This document shows, piece after piece, positions 60,701 through 64,000 of a stretch of 64,000 nucleotides of DNA (the first letter of the stretch is position 1; each line of letters opens with the position of its first letter). Both the position numbers and the translations under genes were made by a program. The stretch lies in NCBI RefSeq assembly GCF_964355755.1, contig NC_092676.1, positions 3,077,888 to 3,141,887 on the forward strand, written 5' to 3'. The notes beneath the pieces are model-generated. The model saw nothing but the letters and a program-made list of their open reading frames with translations. It did not search any database and had not been told where the DNA came from. This DNA comes from Antedon mediterranea (lineage: Eukaryota; Animalia; Echinodermata).

Positions 60701-63538
60701 TAGCGCCCTCATTTGTTATAAGTCCACCCTAAATGTGATGAAACACCGTTTGTGATTGGTCAATACTCACGGTAGTAACCTAGTAACTAGTACGCGCTGA
60801 ACATCCGGTGATTCGGCTCCTCGAAGATCGAGAGAAGACGAATTCTTTATTCGGCCTACCTGATTATAATATTATTATTAATAGGCTTATTGATGGAAAT
60901 TCTTCTGTTAATTTAAACGACCTAGGCCTAAGTGAATATTTTATTGCCAAGGAATCATTAATTAGTAATTATCTGTATATTATTCTTCGCAAGGTAAGGT
61001 GTCTAGGCAGGCTTGTTTTAAATACAATACAAATACTATAGGAGGCCTAGGCCTAGCCTAGCTTCACCCAACCCAGCAGACTTGTTCTTGGCTATATAAT
61101 ATAACAGATATTGCCTTTTATATCGGTTAAATATAAGATTTGACATCCCCTCGGGAATGATATTAAGTTCGAGGAAATATATATTCCCTCGAACTTAATA
61201 TCATTCCCTCGGGGATGTCAAATCTTATATTTAACCTCTAAGCAGTCAATATCTGTATAATATAATTTTTTTCTCATAAGACAAAATTAATACATAAAAA
61301 AATACTAATTATTTAGTGACATTTGTTATAATAATATTTATATTGTGACATTTACAATAAAAATTTATTTTGAAATATTATTATTTAAAAAAATAAAATT
61401 CATTCATGGTGAATGAGCAAAAAACTAGTTATTTATTTTTATTATTTTTTATAAGATCACAAATTGTGAAATTATATAATAATAATCCATTATCATTGAT
61501 TAACCAACAATGTAAAATAATTTGTAATTTAAGCAATACACTTACAGTGTTTCCAATCCTGTCAAACCAGCAAATGCATTGGCTTGTAATGTACTTATTT
61601 GGTTACTGCTCAAAGACCTTAAAAGTAAAAAGAATGCACAGTATAAGTAAATCACAATATCCAAGCTGTTTTTAGATTATGTTAGTTTTTCTGTCACCTA
61701 GTGATTGACTATCATGTCAAAATATAATTTAAAAAATCAAATAATAATTGTTTAATAACATTCATTATAATTATATTTATGTAGTGAAATTCGAATTACA
61801 CAAAAATAAAGTTCATTCATGGTGGATGAACTAAAAACTAGTGATTTATAAAGTTATTGTGAATCAAAAATTGTGAAATTATATAATATTAATCCATTAT
61901 CATTGCTTAACCAACAATGTAAAATAATTGTTAATTTAATTTCTAAATTTAAACTACATTGGTAACTGTAAGCAAACATAAGCAATACACTTACAGTGTT
62001 TTCAATGCTGTCAAATTTCTAAAAGAAAATTTCTACACCAATTTCAAATTGTTTGTTAGCCACCATATTATGTAGTATCTAATATGTTATACAGATTCAA
62101 TTTAAATTGTTATCTTACAAAATAAATAGTTCAATCATGGTGGATAAATTTAAAAATTGTTGCTTTTTAAATTTGTTTTACTATAAATAATCATGAAATC
62201 ATAAGGTACATATTAGTCCATTATTACAATTGAACCTACAATGCATGCATTGTATTGTGTCAACATTTTATTGATGTCAAAATAAAAATTATTAAAAGTA
62301 AATATTCATCTCAAAACGTATGAATGTATAGTTGTACATGATATTGTTCACTATAGGTTTAATTATGTTACTCTGCACCTTATATCTTAATTTGTGTTTT
62401 ATTTAGGGTTATCCCTTTGTTCTTATAATTATGTGATGCCACTGCCCTTTTTTAACACTCAAACAAATAAAGACTTGGTTATACTGATCGGTTTGATAAA
62501 TGTGTATTTATTGAAGTCTGTGACATTTGTTGAATTTGAATATAATTATCAATTATCAAAGACAAAATTACTACATAAACAAATACTAGTTATTTAGTAA
62601 CAATGATTTTGATATTTATATCGTGAAATTATACAATAAAGGATTTCGAATTATTATATCCTCCAAAAAAAAAGTTCACTCATGAACAAGAAAATGAATT
62701 GTTTTTAGAGTTATTTTTATAAGTATAAAGATAATAAAATTATATAATAATATTAATCCATTATCAATGTGTAAATGTATTTATAAATTAAAAACAAACT
62801 GGTTAAAATAACCAAACATGTAAATTTGCCTTTGTTCCACACACAAAAGAATCACAAAAAGCTGGTAAAAATCACAAAATACAAACAATATAGTATAAAC
62901 TAGCAAATGTGAAAAATTAAAACATTAAAAATAATACAGAGCACTCTACTCTCATTCAGGATGTACACGTCACATTACTTGTTTTAACTACCTTATTTAT
63001 ATATATTCCAAATAGATGATTGACTGATTGGGAGCATGCACATAGCTGACCATGTTATAATTTTTGGAAAACTAAGGCCTACCTACCAAATACCTACAAT
63101 CGTTTTAATCATTTTTTTTTTAGTCTATCACATTCTTACGTAAAATGTCGTATACGGATATTGACCAGATTAATGATGAGCCCGTAAACTGATTGAAACG
63201 ACCTAAATATACTGTAGACCGCCACAAGACCAGTAGTTTCACATTAACAAATTCCACCCACTCCCCCTCTGTTCAATATTATCATGATCCTACTGTATAA
63301 AGCATGGACCTATTATCAAAGAAATATAAATTTTGCTCACAGTATGACATAAATTTAGTTAAATTTCAAAATATCGACAAAAGATGTTCTACTTACAATG
63401 TTGTTATTGGATCATACACATTGTACTCAACAAGCTCTGTATGTATATTTGTATTCCATCGAGTACATCTAGTTCTATTATAACAACCTGCTGAGTAACA
63501 CGTCGGGACATTACATGTGCAAGATGCTGGGCATCGGA
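47721..63538 (-). CDS. LRR-containing GPCR paralog B (GRL101/RXFP-like 7TM), apparently intact; 5' exon(s) probably outside the window
   Basis: Exons: 63538-63397 LRRNT (RCPASCTC...RCTRW); seven 72-nt LRR exons at 61617-61546, 59262-59191, 58439-58368, 57622-57551, 56805-56734, 55989-55918, 55371-55300; microexon 54176-54144; 53115-53032; 52106-52035; 51346-51275; 49899-49825; hinge+7TM 48744-47721. All GT-AG, phases compatible, no stop codon. Confidence 0.88.
52209..52855. mobile_element. Non-autonomous DNA element with nested inverted ends
   Basis: Outer arms GTGAGATCCCTACCTGTATAGA / TCTATACAGGTAGGTATCTCAC; inner arms TTCCAGGACGAACGTGGGCAGAA / TTCTGCCCACGTTCGTCCTGGAA. Related sequence at ~44640-44930. 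Confidence 0.6.
55300..62015 (-). repeat. Tandem array of LRR exon+intron cassettes, paralog B, including near-identical 817-bp units
   Basis: Exon ends at 55918, 56734, 57551 and 58368 (spacing 816/817/817) with near-identical introns. A further ~600-bp duplication spans ~59460-60065 vs ~62048-62655. Truncated exon remnants at 60081-60100 and 61995-62014. Confidence 0.9.
60330..61260. mobile_element. Unclassified ~0.9-kb inserted element ending in a long palindrome
   Basis: Interrupts the cassette intron consensus. Contains a ~35-bp direct repeat (60434/60506), a tRNA-like segment (~60580-60652, minus) and a 112-bp palindrome (61125-61236). Confidence 0.5.
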
Positions 63539-64000
63539 CTATAGGCCCTAATGATTTTGTAAAAAAAAACAAGCAGTAACTAAAAGTACTGTACTTTGTT
63601 TCTATCTTACATAGTAGAACACTACGATAATGATGAATAATGATGGTGATAACAATGAGTATTTTAAAGATGAACATAAATTCTTATAATTCGATATATC
63701 ATATTTAAGTTTCAATATTACACTGTTTAATTTAACGGTATTGTTTATTTCGTCGTGTTAAACAATGGAATATTATGAAAGGAGAATAAACGACGCCAAA
63801 AGTAGTTTAATCTCTTTTTTCTCTAACTGGGTAAACTCTTGAAAATAGAACTTATTTTTATATAATTTATAAAACAAAACACTCCCTCTTAGTCAATAGT
63901 GTATTGTAATACCGCCTGTTAGTACTGAAGTTTGTATTAAGTGTGAAATTGTCCTTACATTGACAAATAACACTAGCATCCTCATCGTGTCCACAATCGT

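Noticed and set aside
55838-61675. Plus-strand ORFs containing SNQQMHWLVMYLF (55838, 59192, 61406; also 40120)
   Set aside because: Antisense readings of the minus-strand LRR exons and their conserved flanks.
63539-63677. ORF extension MFIFKILIVITIII... resembling the signal peptide of paralog A
   Set aside because: This stretch is homologous to intron sequence of paralog A (~40900-41010) and has an acceptor at 63540-63539 (or 9 nt upstream). It is more likely intron read-through, although an alternative start cannot be excluded without RNA data.

Overview
AT-rich, intron-containing animal genomic DNA, most likely from an invertebrate; a Deu/Nin-type SINE fits this, but the taxon cannot be fixed from sequence. 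All three host genes are on the minus strand. (1) A six-exon cytosolic glutathione S-transferase with alpha-class-like exon structure (1767-5749). (2) and (3) Two tandem paralogous LRR-containing rhodopsin-class GPCRs with GRL101/RXFP (type C LGR)-like 7TM domains and no LDLa module visible in this window. Their ectodomains are built from arrays of symmetric phase-2, 72-nt, one-LRR-per-exon cassettes. The LRR backbone is nearly invariant, while the xLxxN beta-strand residues vary. A 33-nt microexon inserts a divergent loop into one LRR. Paralog A (9778-42777) is inactivated here by a TGG>TAG stop in the LRRNT exon and by a very young full-length BEL/Pao LTR retrotransposon inside its last LRR exon. 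Paralog B (47721 to >63538) is in frame; its first exon probably lies beyond the window. The introns hold LINEs, tandem Helitrons, Helentron/HINE-like elements, MITEs, SINEs and Penelope-like fragments carrying minimal hammerhead ribozyme motifs. Exon models and sequence comparisons were made by eye and need confirmation by alignment and RNA-seq.
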